Assembly (NCBI GenBank): GCA_964469335.1
Contig: CAYXYK010000001.1
Span: 78,501-142,500 of the forward strand
Length of the DNA: 64,000 bases
Reading direction: 5' to 3'
From: an uncultured Candidatus Saccharibacteria bacterium
GTDB lineage: Bacteria > Patescibacteriota > Minisyncoccia > Phycocordibacterales > UBA6899
Each line of letters starts with the position of its first letter. Within the stretch, counting starts at the first letter, position 1. The notes beneath the pieces were generated by a model. It was not told the origin of the DNA. It saw nothing but the letters and a program-made list of their open reading frames with translations, and did not search any database. The position numbers were made by a program, and so were the translations under genes. Positions 48,300-58,019 of the stretch are shown here, piece after piece.

Positions 48300-49973
48300 A
48301 TGGTGTATTATATATTTGTGAATATACAGAAAATTATAATACACAACTTCCGAAGTATTGATGACGTAGGGATTGAGTTATCTGAATTTGGTAAGATCAA
48401 CTTATTCATCGGCAAGAATAATTGTGGGAAGTCCAACATACTCAGATTCATCCAATTGCTCGGAAACAGGACTCTCGTAAGCCAGATGAATAATGCTTCT
48501 TTAAACGGAGAATACACAATTAATCCACCTTTTCTTAGTATTGATGATCACAATGGATACCAAATTACAAAACCAATCAAATTCTCAATTTCTGCTCAAG
48601 TTACAGAGGACTTCATTGAACGTTCTTTGGGCTTAATACCAACAGACGACTTCTATGTTACTTACGAACTGAGACAGAATCAAGATTCTTTATGCTTGAT
48701 CAAGCAAACATCCAGCTTCATTAATGATTTGCCGGAAGAAACAATTAGATTATTTGAATCTACACATGCGTCCAGATTTGGTGGCTCCTCTGGTGGAACC
48801 ATTGGAGATGCGAGAAATAGAGTTTCTAATTTGCTTAAGGTGTCGAATCAGATAGGGTTTCCAGCGGTTGTGCACATGGATGAATTCAGAAAAGCAAGGG
48901 AAAACAAAGAGCTTAAGGCGAAATTAAATGAAATCGTAAATCCAGACTACACAAATCAAGCAAACATTCTTAAGAAAGAACTCTTGTGTAAATATTTTAA
49001 GGAAGTATTTGGTTTTGAAGTTGACATCAAAATTCCTAGTTTAGAAAAAGAGATAGAGTTAGTGATCGACAAAAAACAAATACCCCTCCACTCTCTTGGT
49101 GCAGGATTACAGCAAGTAGTACTAATTGCTTTTACAATAGTCACGAGTGACGCGGAGATAATATGTATTGATGAACCTGAGCTTCATATTCACCCAGCTG
49201 CACAGAGAGAGTTACTGAGCCTGATTTCAAAAATTGAGGACAAGATATTTTTTTTAGCCACACATTCAAACCACTTCTTAGACTACGAAGTGAAAAACAA
49301 AAAAGTTTTTCAACTTGTAAAGGAAGATGGGGCGACAAAAATTACCCCCAATGCAAAGACAAATTCATACAGAGAGGTACTTGATGATCTAGGAATTAGG
49401 GCAAGCGAAATTTATCAAACAAACGGAGTTTTGTGGGTTGAGGGACCGTCAGATAGAATCTATATAAAAAAATGGATTGAGCTACTTTCACCAGAGTTAG
49501 AGGAGGGATTGCAATACACTTTTCAATACTATGGCGGCAAAATTTTATCTCACTACTCAGTTGATGATCTTGAATTTAAGGAGTACCTAAACGTTCTCAA
49601 TTTAAACAGGAACGCATATGTGGTCATGGATAGTGATATGAGTAAAAAATTTTCCATACAAGACCTGAGGGATACAAAGAGAAGAATTATTACTGAATGT
49701 GAAAAAAATAAAATAGGTTATTGGATTACTGAGGGAAAGGAAATGGAGAGCTATTTAACTGATCGCCTGCTCACTGAATATGCAAAAACTAAAATTAATC
49801 GCGATATATATGCACCGATCCAAGATTATTGCCCATCTTACAATAATGACACTAAGGTCCTTTTCTCAAGGAAAATATCAACTGCGTTAACTTTGGATGA
49901 TATTTCAAACAACTTAGATTTGCACGCAAAAATTACGGAAATTATCGATCACATAATAATTTGGAATAAGTAG
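48300..49973 (+). CDS. OLD-family nuclease: N-terminal ABC-type ATPase + C-terminal Toprim domain (class-1 OLD / GajA-like)
   Basis: IQKIIIHNFRSI start region. Walker A GKNNCGKS. IDEPELHIHPAAQRELL (Walker B/D-loop/H-switch, as in AAA_21/OLD). Toprim motifs GVLWVEGPSD and YVVMDSD. Alternative upstream start 48264. Confidence 0.7.
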   Translation: MVYYIFVNIQKIIIHNFRSIDDVGIELSEFGKINLFIGKNNCGKSNILRFIQLLGNRTLVSQMNNASLNGEYTINPPFLSIDDHNGYQITKPIKFSISAQVTEDFIERSLGLIPTDDFYVTYELRQNQDSLCLIKQTSSFINDLPEETIRLFESTHASRFGGSSGGTIGDARNRVSNLLKVSNQIGFPAVVHMDEFRKARENKELKAKLNEIVNPDYTNQANILKKELLCKYFKEVFGFEVDIKIPSLEKEIELVIDKKQIPLHSLGAGLQQVVLIAFTIVTSDAEIICIDEPELHIHPAAQRELLSLISKIEDKIFFLATHSNHFLDYEVKNKKVFQLVKEDGATKITPNAKTNSYREVLDDLGIRASEIYQTNGVLWVEGPSDRIYIKKWIELLSPELEEGLQYTFQYYGGKILSHYSVDDLEFKEYLNVLNLNRNAYVVMDSDMSKKFSIQDLRDTKRRIITECEKNKIGYWITEGKEMESYLTDRLLTEYAKTKINRDIYAPIQDYCPSYNNDTKVLFSRKISTALTLDDISNNLDLHAKITEIIDHIIIWNK

Positions 49974-50005
49974 TAATATTATCCCTTCATGACTATACTT
50001 AGGCC

Positions 50006-50380
50006 ATGGAAACAACCATTGAAAAATCGAATACTAACCAGATTTCAAAGCGTGGAGGCGCCCGTGTGGGGGCCGGCAGAAAGCCAAAAATGCAGTATGA
50101 GGCACGTGAACTATTCAATATGGCAGTTGATGCACGTTGGCCCTTAATCATGCAGAAAATCGACGAATTAATTCAAAAGGGAGACAAGGATATTCTCAAG
50201 ATGATTGTAGAACAACGCATTGGGAAACCCACACAAAGCGTGGCAGTAAAGAATGATGGAAATCCACGAGTTAACTACAATTTCTTTATCCAGCCCAAAG
50301 TGCAGGAGGCCGTGAGAGTGTTTGAGGACCAGCTGAAAAAAGAAATAATGCTTGAGGCTAGTACTTCTCCTCAAGATTGA
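50006..50380 (+). CDS. Small DNA-binding-type protein with N-terminal AT-hook-like Gly/Arg motif (phage small-terminase/regulator-like?)
   Basis: KRGGARVGAGRKPK motif then helical domain; 124 aa. Confidence 0.3.
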   Translation: METTIEKSNTNQISKRGGARVGAGRKPKMQYEARELFNMAVDARWPLIMQKIDELIQKGDKDILKMIVEQRIGKPTQSVAVKNDGNPRVNYNFFIQPKVQEAVRVFEDQLKKEIMLEASTSPQD

Positions 50381-50528
50381 TTTCCGTTTGAAAACAGATT
50401 CATTTTAGGTCCCTTATAGGCATATATTCCTATTTGGTGGCTAAGAATGGCAATGACGGTAATCCCTCCCTTGAGAGAAGCTGACTATCTAGAAATTGGT
50501 GGTAACATCACAATATTGAATTTAATGG

Positions 50529-51269
50529 GTGATGTTAATTTCTATGAACGGTGATAAAAAACATATAAGTGACGATCTCTCAGAGATACTCTACAAAGCT
50601 AGTTTAAAGAAACCTTTCAAAGATAAGGTTCAGGAAATTCGAACTGAATTCAATATCCCACCTAAGGGGTTTGTGTCTAAAAAAGAAGTAGATCTTTGGT
50701 ATTCAAAATTAGGTCAGTCTTGGCCGATGCACGAAAACTTTTATGCACGAATCGAACAATTGCCACTTGTTAAGGAGTTGCAACTTAGTGCTTCAGCCAT
50801 ACTGGCTGACTACATTCTAAGCAATGGCACGTTCAAAATATTTAATTCCACCCCATACTATTACAGTTGTGATTTTGAAGAGGTGAGTCCCTCAAAAAAA
50901 GTGAATACTGTTCTTGAAAATAGATGGAAACAATTTGGGCAACCGTTTATACGAGTTTACATACCAAGAAATGCTGGGCAACCAGCGGTTCATGAATTTA
51001 TTAAGACACACTGGAGGCTGTTCCAAGGCATACATTTCAGAAAAGCAGAATACGCAAAATCAGAAAGAAGGACCAGTTCTGATGATAAAAAAATTATCAA
51101 TGAAATTGAGAGGTGCTGGAAATTACCGCGTGAAACGCTTGGCTTAATAAAGGGCGAAAAGAGAGAAGATGGAATTGCACGGTTGATAAACTCAAAATTT
51201 AAAAAGAGTTTGTCGCCTGAAGCAGTGCGACAAAGACACCGAAGATACCGAGCGAAGGGTGACAACTAA
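50529..51269 (+). CDS. Hypothetical protein (246 aa)
   Basis: AT-rich ORF, basic C-terminus RQRHRRYRAKGDN; no motif recognised. Confidence 0.35.
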   Translation: MMLISMNGDKKHISDDLSEILYKASLKKPFKDKVQEIRTEFNIPPKGFVSKKEVDLWYSKLGQSWPMHENFYARIEQLPLVKELQLSASAILADYILSNGTFKIFNSTPYYYSCDFEEVSPSKKVNTVLENRWKQFGQPFIRVYIPRNAGQPAVHEFIKTHWRLFQGIHFRKAEYAKSERRTSSDDKKIINEIERCWKLPRETLGLIKGEKREDGIARLINSKFKKSLSPEAVRQRHRRYRAKGDN

Positions 51270-51430
51270 CAGATCCCCTCAGCTGTCCTCTACTTAAATA
51301 GTTACATACACCTAGAATACAAAACGTATTCAGTTTTTGTTTACGGTGATTATTGAGGATAGAAACCCGCCAATGAATCACCGCGTTGGCGGATTTCTGT
51401 TTATTAATATTTAAACATAAGAATGAAAAT

Positions 51431-51652
51431 ATGAATTACAAAACATTTGTAACGGTTAATGTGCCCATGGTTAGTGAGCTAAGGCGTCGGTTATTTGCTG
51501 AGTTTGGCATTGATATTTCACAAGAAGATATATGGCAGTCCCTTCTAATTGCTCAGCTTTCAAATCACCTATTTGGTGACTTAATAGCAAAAGCTCATCA
51601 GAAAAAATATCAATGTAGTACGCATGTTCAGTGTAAATGTAAAATAGTATGA
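51431..51652 (+). CDS. Ribbon-helix-helix (CopG/Arc-like) DNA-binding protein
   Basis: MNYKTFVTVNVPMVSELRRRLFAEFG: alternating-hydrophobic beta-strand followed by two helices; 4-nt overlap with downstream NTPase gene. Confidence 0.35.
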   Translation: MNYKTFVTVNVPMVSELRRRLFAEFGIDISQEDIWQSLLIAQLSNHLFGDLIAKAHQKKYQCSTHVQCKCKIV

Positions 51653-53010
51653 AAGCACTAAAGAAACAGCAGAAGGCATCTGTGGTAACTTCGGAGTTTT
51701 TGGCAGAGACAGTTTATGACCCGAACACTAAGGAAACAAGATTCGCAGTTTGCGCCAGTGGTGAAATGGGCTTTACAGAGAGTATTTTTTTGAAAGGCAA
51801 AACAATTTACCCTCTAGATGGTGGTGATGATCTCATTCAAAAAAGTGTGATACTTCTTCCGTCTCTCCCAATTGAATACGGTGATGAAGCGAAGTTGCTT
51901 GAAGAAATCAGAGCTTTCATTCATAAGTATGTCGACATAACGCCTATGTATGAGCAGATTGCATCATATTACGTACTATTTAGCTGGGTGTTCGATAAGT
52001 TTCATGAAGTACCTTATCTACGTGCTATTGGTGATTTTGGAAGCGGAAAGAGTAGGTTCATTCGGACCATAGGATCAATCTGCTATCGGCCAATTTTTAC
52101 AGGAGGGGCAACGACAACCGCGCCAATTTTTCGCATTCTCGATGATATCGGCGGGACACTTGTCCTCGACGAGGCGGACTTACGGGCAAGTGACATGACG
52201 AACGACATGGTGAAGATCTTAAATACGGGATATGAGAAAGGAGTCCCAGTGTTACGAACGCATGGAAAGGATTTCTCAGAGATAAAAGCATTTAATGTAT
52301 TCTCTCCAAAAATTATTGCCACCAGAGAGAAGTTTGATGACAAAGCACTTGAGAGTAGGTTTCTTGTTGAAGAAATGGGTCAAGGGAGTTTACGTAAAGA
52401 CATACCAAGAAACTTACGTGATGGTTTCAGCCTCGAAGCACTTGATTTACGCAATAAACTCCTCATGTGGAGATTCAGAAACTTCAGTAAGCCTATTTGT
52501 CAGGATGAAAAGCCGATAGAAGGAATCCATCCGCGCCTGCACCAAATTATTGTACCCCTTCTCTCAATAATTGAGTCTGAGGAAATGAGAGTTTCACTGA
52601 AGGAGTTTGTGATGAAGTACAACAATGACTTAGTGGCGGACCGTGGCCTTACTAGGGAATCAGATATTATCTTCGCAATCTTGAAACTTGAACATGAACT
52701 CGGAAATAAAGAGGTTACTGTTGGTGAGATAGCAAAATCACTAAATGCTGATCTTGAAGTTGACGACTTTGATGGCAAAATTACTGCCAGCAAAGCCGGA
52801 TGGTATCTACGCGCCAAACTACAGCTTAAATCAGAGAAAACACGAAAGGGATACATTCTCAACCTTGAGAAAAATAGAGCAAAACTAAACTTTTGGAAAG
52901 AGCGATTCGGTATTACCGATGCGGATATTCGTGGCGAGGATGTGAACCTCGTGAACGATGTGAACGTTACACAGCAGAGCCTACTTAATGCTGAGAATGT
53001 CGGTTTCTAG
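51649..53010 (+). CDS. P-loop NTPase, likely plasmid/phage replication (primase-helicase-associated) type with C-terminal winged-helix-like region
   Basis: Walker A GDFGSGKS, Walker B TLVLDEADL ~35 aa later; 453 aa. Confidence 0.4.
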   Translation: MKALKKQQKASVVTSEFLAETVYDPNTKETRFAVCASGEMGFTESIFLKGKTIYPLDGGDDLIQKSVILLPSLPIEYGDEAKLLEEIRAFIHKYVDITPMYEQIASYYVLFSWVFDKFHEVPYLRAIGDFGSGKSRFIRTIGSICYRPIFTGGATTTAPIFRILDDIGGTLVLDEADLRASDMTNDMVKILNTGYEKGVPVLRTHGKDFSEIKAFNVFSPKIIATREKFDDKALESRFLVEEMGQGSLRKDIPRNLRDGFSLEALDLRNKLLMWRFRNFSKPICQDEKPIEGIHPRLHQIIVPLLSIIESEEMRVSLKEFVMKYNNDLVADRGLTRESDIIFAILKLEHELGNKEVTVGEIAKSLNADLEVDDFDGKITASKAGWYLRAKLQLKSEKTRKGYILNLEKNRAKLNFWKERFGITDADIRGEDVNLVNDVNVTQQSLLNAENVGF

Positions 53011-53220
53011 CCCAACCAATTCATTTAGTCATGCAAATCCCCAAAGTAAAACTAGATGAATTCATCCAGTTATACCAAAAACACTTTGGGGTAGTTCTCA
53101 CGCGTGATCAAGCTTTGGAAAAGGCATCTAAATTGCTCTACTTCATGCGTGTCGTTGTGGGAAGTAATTGAAATGTTAAAATGAATGAGCTAGACAAAAG
53201 ACGATCTGATGTTCACTCAA

Positions 53221-53311
53221 TTAACCTTGTACCCAAAGAGGGGCAACGACGGCTTTTGTCTAGCAACATGAGCATCAGTTCGTTGTCCCTCTTTGTGCTT
53301 TTAGGTTAATG
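53221..53311. repeat. Imperfect ~31-bp-arm inverted repeat overlapping recombinase start codon (candidate att/recombination site)
   Basis: Left arm TTAACCTTGTACCCAAAGAGGGGCAACGAC; right arm (revcomp) TTAACCTAAAAGCACAAAGAGGGACAACGAA; outer TTAACC and inner AAAGAGGGRCAACGA match; 28-nt spacer. Confidence 0.5.
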
Positions 53312-55003
53312 ATAAAAAAAATTATGAATCAGACTTCCGATAAAATCCGATATTTCCTCTATGCTCGAAAATCGAGCGAGAGTGAGGAAAAACAAGTTGC
53401 CTCGATTGATTCCCAGATCACCGAACTTGAACGCTTGGCGAAACAGTACGGACTTACTGTGGTCCGCGTATTCTCTGAATCCAAGTCTGCAAAAGCCCCA
53501 AACAATCGCCCTGTGTTTGGTGAGATGATGGAACGTCTCTATAAAGGCGAGGCTGAAGGGATTCTATGCTGGAAGCTGGACCGCCTCGCAAGAAACCCTG
53601 TCGATGGTGGAACCATCAACTGGATACTTCAAAATGGCATTGTGAAGCATATTCGCACCTTTGACCGCGAGTATCTCCCTACTGATAACGTACTGATGAT
53701 GAGCGTAGAATTTGGCATGGCAAATCAGTTCATCCGTGACCTTAGCTCGAACACCAAGAGAGGCCTGAACTCAAAAGCAGAAAAAGGGGTATTTCCGAGT
53801 CGTGCACCTATTGGATATTTAAATGATAAATACCATCCTAAAGGAGAAAAGAAAATCATTCCTGATCCTGAACGTTTTTCCATCATCCGAAAGCTCTGGG
53901 ATGAGCTCCTAGAGAAAGAATGTACGATTGATAGCCTTCACACACTTGCAACTGAAAAGTACCATCTCACTGGCTTCTATGGAAAGCCTGTCCACATAAA
54001 TGTTATATATGATATTTTCACTAATCCTTTCTATTGTGGGATGTTCAACTGGAATAAGAAAATCTGGCAAGGTACGCATGAGCCCATGATTTCAAAAGAA
54101 GAATTCGAGCGAGCACAATTAATCATCTCGGGTAAAAACAAAGGAAACAGGAAGCGAAAACATGATTTCCCTTTTGCAGGCACAATGCATTGCGGTGAGT
54201 GTGGGTGCGCAATCACCGCAGAATTTCACCGCAAGAAGCAGGTGAATGGTAATGTACATGAGTACACCTTCTATCGTTGCTCGAAGCGTAAAGGGACTGA
54301 ATGTAAGCAATCATTTGTGCGCTCAACTGAACTAGAGAAGCAAGTACTGAAAAAACTTGAGGAAGTAGAGATTCCTCGTGATTTCTCTGAATGGGCACTT
54401 GGATTGCTCCGTATTGAGACCGACAGAGAAAAGATAACACGGGATCAAATGCTGAGTAAATTTCAAAATGACTACAGTAAGTGTCTCAAGCGTATTGATA
54501 CCCTCAAGGATATGCGAATGAACCGCGAGATTGACTCGGATGAGTTTGCAAAAAGAAAAGCTGATGTTGAAACAGAGAAAGACAGCATTCGGTCTTCTAT
54601 TAACAAGCTCGACAAGCGAGTAAGTGAGCGACTGGTTGAATTTGAAGAAAAGTTTAGCTTTGCAGAAACAGCAAAGGAGAAGTTTGAAAAGAATACTGAG
54701 AACAAGCGGACACTGCTCATTTCACTGGGAACTAACTTCATTCTCTATGACAAAGAGTTGAAATTTGATTGGGAAGAGATCATGGCACAGGTTCGAACCG
54801 CATCAAAAGAAGCGAAGAAACTTCACAAAGCGTTCGAACCTATTGAAAACCGCTATACTTCAACGGATTATGCAGAAATGTACTCTGCTAGTCCGATAAT
54901 GGGTCGCCAGAGGGACGCATTCAGAACTCTCGATTGGGCGCAGATCAAGAGAGATCTTGAGGTAATCTCACCCCTTCAGCCACAGTGGCTTATTCGAGCG
55001 TAA
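53309..55003 (+). CDS. Large serine recombinase (integrase)
   Basis: IRYFLYARKSSESEEKQVASIDSQ (catalytic Ser, SxDxQ), GILCWKLDRLARN, recombinase domain, zinc ribbon CGECGCAITAEF...YRCSKRKGTEC, C-terminal coiled coil; 564 aa. Confidence 0.85.
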   Translation: MIKKIMNQTSDKIRYFLYARKSSESEEKQVASIDSQITELERLAKQYGLTVVRVFSESKSAKAPNNRPVFGEMMERLYKGEAEGILCWKLDRLARNPVDGGTINWILQNGIVKHIRTFDREYLPTDNVLMMSVEFGMANQFIRDLSSNTKRGLNSKAEKGVFPSRAPIGYLNDKYHPKGEKKIIPDPERFSIIRKLWDELLEKECTIDSLHTLATEKYHLTGFYGKPVHINVIYDIFTNPFYCGMFNWNKKIWQGTHEPMISKEEFERAQLIISGKNKGNRKRKHDFPFAGTMHCGECGCAITAEFHRKKQVNGNVHEYTFYRCSKRKGTECKQSFVRSTELEKQVLKKLEEVEIPRDFSEWALGLLRIETDREKITRDQMLSKFQNDYSKCLKRIDTLKDMRMNREIDSDEFAKRKADVETEKDSIRSSINKLDKRVSERLVEFEEKFSFAETAKEKFEKNTENKRTLLISLGTNFILYDKELKFDWEEIMAQVRTASKEAKKLHKAFEPIENRYTSTDYAEMYSASPIMGRQRDAFRTLDWAQIKRDLEVISPLQPQWLIRA

Positions 55004-55200
55004 ACATACTTCGCCAGTCTCTTAGTCGTGACGTGTCTCAGGAGTCGCCTGTGTCGATACTGGTTTGTCGGTAGATCTCCTCATTGGATGTTGGGTTGCC
55101 TCACTCGCCCCGCGATGTGAGATGTTGGAGCTAGGCAAAATCACTGACCCAGAGACAGCTTTCTTGAGTAATTCCTGAAATCTTTGTTTGTCTTGTTCGG

Positions 55201-55605
55201 TCATTTTCCTTTGTAAAAATCTTTGAACATCGAATCATCCCAGATGGACTTCGCTATGATATAAATTATACCAAGAATTTGCCCAAAAACAGAAACTGAG
55301 AGCACCTCGAGCTCATACCCGTTCAATAGGGTGAATTGATGATCTGTAAAAATTCTGACATATGACTGGATGGCAATAATTGTGAAAAGGAGAAGGAAGG
55401 ATACTACGGCTGATCCTATCGCAAAATAAAAAACTATCTTCCTCTGACCCTTTCGCTCTTCGAGTATGTTACCAACCGACTGAGGATCTGGCTGGGAAAA
55501 CTCCTCAAGGGAAGCCGCCTTGTTTGCCACTTTTTCTATCAGTGCCTCTAGCTCCGAATGCTCATCTGGAGTTAGTTTGTGTGTTTTTATTTCCTCGCGA
55601 GCCAT
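55201..55605 (-). CDS. Small membrane protein (134 aa), overlaps ImmA-like gene
   Basis: Two TM helices (IVFYFAIGSAVVSFLLLFTIIAI; ILGIIYIIAKSIW). Confidence 0.4.
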   Translation of the reverse strand: MAREEIKTHKLTPDEHSELEALIEKVANKAASLEEFSQPDPQSVGNILEERKGQRKIVFYFAIGSAVVSFLLLFTIIAIQSYVRIFTDHQFTLLNGYELEVLSVSVFGQILGIIYIIAKSIWDDSMFKDFYKGK

Positions 55606-56108
55606 TTCAGTCTGTTCTTTACAGCTATTTCAGAGACACCGAAGTACTGCGCCGCTGCGCCAATATCTCCTGTTGTTGAGATAACCTTAATAAATTGATC
55701 CTTGGGCATCAGCAGGGTCGCGGCAAAGTAGTTTGCCTCTGTCTCTTCAAGCGACTCGACTGTATTGTCTTTGTAATTAAAGGAGTCGATACGAAGTTTT
55801 TCCTGATTAGGATGGAGCAAGAAATGCCCAAGTTCGTGTGCCAACGTAAAAGTTTTCCTTGTTGGACTATAGCTGCTGTTGAGCAGTATCTTTGCTCCAC
55901 CGTTTTCCCATTTGATTACGCCGTCAATCTCTGTGTCCGCATCAGTTTTTGGAAGATCAGTAAAAAACACCTCCGCCTGAAGCTCTTTTGCGAAATCAAG
56001 CAAATTATTTTGCGGATAGGAAAGACCTGTTCGCAACTTTAAAGACTCAACCGTTTGGTCAATCTCGTTTTGTCTTTCGGGGGTTAAAAATGCCATTGTT
56101 GCAATCAT
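55587..56108 (-). CDS. ImmA/IrrE-family zinc metallopeptidase
   Basis: FTLAHELGHFLLHPNQE (HExxH) in COG2856-like context; no adjacent XRE HTH partner recognised. Confidence 0.65.
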   Translation of the reverse strand: MIATMAFLTPERQNEIDQTVESLKLRTGLSYPQNNLLDFAKELQAEVFFTDLPKTDADTEIDGVIKWENGGAKILLNSSYSPTRKTFTLAHELGHFLLHPNQEKLRIDSFNYKDNTVESLEETEANYFAATLLMPKDQFIKVISTTGDIGAAAQYFGVSEIAVKNRLKWLARK

Positions 56109-56243
56109 ACATAAAATGCATGGGAAGAAAAGGTTTCTGCCCCACACCGTAATTATCTCATTATTCTCTCACATATCCAATGAGTTCCTCCTGAACTCTT
56201 TTGCTTGATAAAATGGCTTTGTTGAGTAAAGTAAAGTAACAAC

Positions 56244-57806
56244 ATGAAACTATCGCTGGATACACAAAACGAGGCGCAATACTATTTGGATGAAAAAGAG
56301 TTATTCATTCTCTATACTCTACTGAGAGAAAGGCACATCTCTACGATGTGGGGCAGCGCATTTACCCCCAACAAGATGAGCACAATAATTGTCCCAAAAG
56401 ATCCTGCTGATTTTGACGCGGCGATAAATAGGTCACTTCAGAACATCCAATCAAAGTCACAGTCGTCTATCGTTTTATCCTATCTTTTGGACTTAGGAAA
56501 AGAGCTTGATGAGGAAGGATTTTCAGTGTCTTGCAACGCAGACTATGCGTTGGTTGAAGGAGGGTTTCTTTGTGAGTATGTCGGAAAGTTGAACGAAGAA
56601 TACATCGCGGACACACAAGAGAACAGGAAAAGCTTAGAAAAATATGCGGTATTAAACAAGGAGCAGAAGGATTTTTTTGAAGAAGTCATTGAAAATGGGG
56701 ACTTTGACCAGACGCGGTTTTCAAAACTTCAACATCCCCCGATACTTGAATATCAAGAAGCTGTTTTAAATAAAAAAGCTGACCAAGATTTCATTGATCT
56801 AGTTAATAAGTTGGTCACGGAATACGCTGGTGGGGGTTGGGATACGAGTGATGCTATCAAGTTTTTAGAGATTTATTATAGGCACAACAAAAAAGAGTTC
56901 GGACAAAATATCGCATCGAGGAGATCATTTCTTGAGGAAGACCCCCAGACAAAACTAGCAAAGCTTATCTTTGAAAATATAGATATTCGTTTGAGCATTA
57001 AAAACACCGAAAAACTTGGGAGCTACTTACTGAAATACATCAGTCAATTTAAAAACGACAAACTAAACGGGAGAAGCAAGTCTGGACTAACTGCAACGCT
57101 CTTTTCGGAGGGGTTATCCATACCTCTTCATACGAAACTATTTGGCTTTAAAAAGCAGAGAGATATTTTACTTCGACACATCGAGGAAAAATACAGTGAA
57201 TACCAAAGAAATGACTTGGAGATTGGTCACCCACACTTTGAACCTGAATATATTGGCGATATGAGGAGCGACGATGTGAAGATCACGTTGCATGAAAAAA
57301 AAGACGAGGAGGACTTATTTTTATTTGTTCACACAATGATCGCACTAGCACAAGAGAAATATCTAGAAATAGTAGATTTTTCTTGCGGATCAACTGGCAT
57401 ATTCGATCTTTATGACAGAGGGTTTCTCTTTAAGGTGCTGCTAAAAAATGCCGCCGAGGAGTCTACAGAGCAAGCTTCCCTCGAGGGCTTCGATGAAAAA
57501 CATCATCTTCTAAAGTTTGCAGGAAAAGAAATTGAACTTTCCAAAAAAGGAAAGGAGACTGATGCGGTTTTGCTTATGCGAACCCTTCTGACCGCCAAGA
57601 ATGACGAGTGGAAGCACAATGACGAGATACTGAGTGACTGGGGACTGACTGACGAGGACATGAAAAAAGTCCCCAAAAATAAGGTCTATTTTGCGGGACA
57701 AAAGATAAACAATGCCGTTGCCCTAAAGACCCAGATTGCTGATTTCATTGAGTGCAACACCTCGAAAGCGCGCATAAACCCTAAATATAGAAAAGTTGAT
57801 GAATAA
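56244..57806 (+). CDS. Hypothetical protein (520 aa)
   Basis: No motif recognised; AT-rich; terminator follows. Confidence 0.4.
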   Translation: MKLSLDTQNEAQYYLDEKELFILYTLLRERHISTMWGSAFTPNKMSTIIVPKDPADFDAAINRSLQNIQSKSQSSIVLSYLLDLGKELDEEGFSVSCNADYALVEGGFLCEYVGKLNEEYIADTQENRKSLEKYAVLNKEQKDFFEEVIENGDFDQTRFSKLQHPPILEYQEAVLNKKADQDFIDLVNKLVTEYAGGGWDTSDAIKFLEIYYRHNKKEFGQNIASRRSFLEEDPQTKLAKLIFENIDIRLSIKNTEKLGSYLLKYISQFKNDKLNGRSKSGLTATLFSEGLSIPLHTKLFGFKKQRDILLRHIEEKYSEYQRNDLEIGHPHFEPEYIGDMRSDDVKITLHEKKDEEDLFLFVHTMIALAQEKYLEIVDFSCGSTGIFDLYDRGFLFKVLLKNAAEESTEQASLEGFDEKHHLLKFAGKEIELSKKGKETDAVLLMRTLLTAKNDEWKHNDEILSDWGLTDEDMKKVPKNKVYFAGQKINNAVALKTQIADFIECNTSKARINPKYRKVDE

Positions 57807-57849
57807 TTGATAAATCTTTAACCAACATTTACAAACACCCCTTCGCCTA

Positions 57850-57880
57850 CCCTGATGGAACAACCGTCAGGGTTGTTTTT
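57850..57880 (+). terminator. Rho-independent terminator
   Basis: CCCTGA-tggaacaaccg-TCAGGG followed by TTGTTTTT. Confidence 0.7.
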
Positions 57881-58019
57881 ATGAAAAGCGATCAGGCGAC
57901 AGTTGAATACGTAATGACACCCGAGGAGCGCGTACGGCTCTCGGAGTTTTTCAACCTGCTCCTGAAAGTGGATCAGCGGACACGCCCTGAGTTGTATTTA
58001 CAAAATAACACAAAAGACG

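Noticed and set aside
48300-50380. Considered calling a complete Gabija (GajA+GajB) or PARIS (AriA+AriB) system
   Set aside because: No UvrD-like helicase or separate DUF4435 gene adjacent. ATPase and Toprim are fused in one 569-aa protein, so it fits standalone class-1 OLD best.
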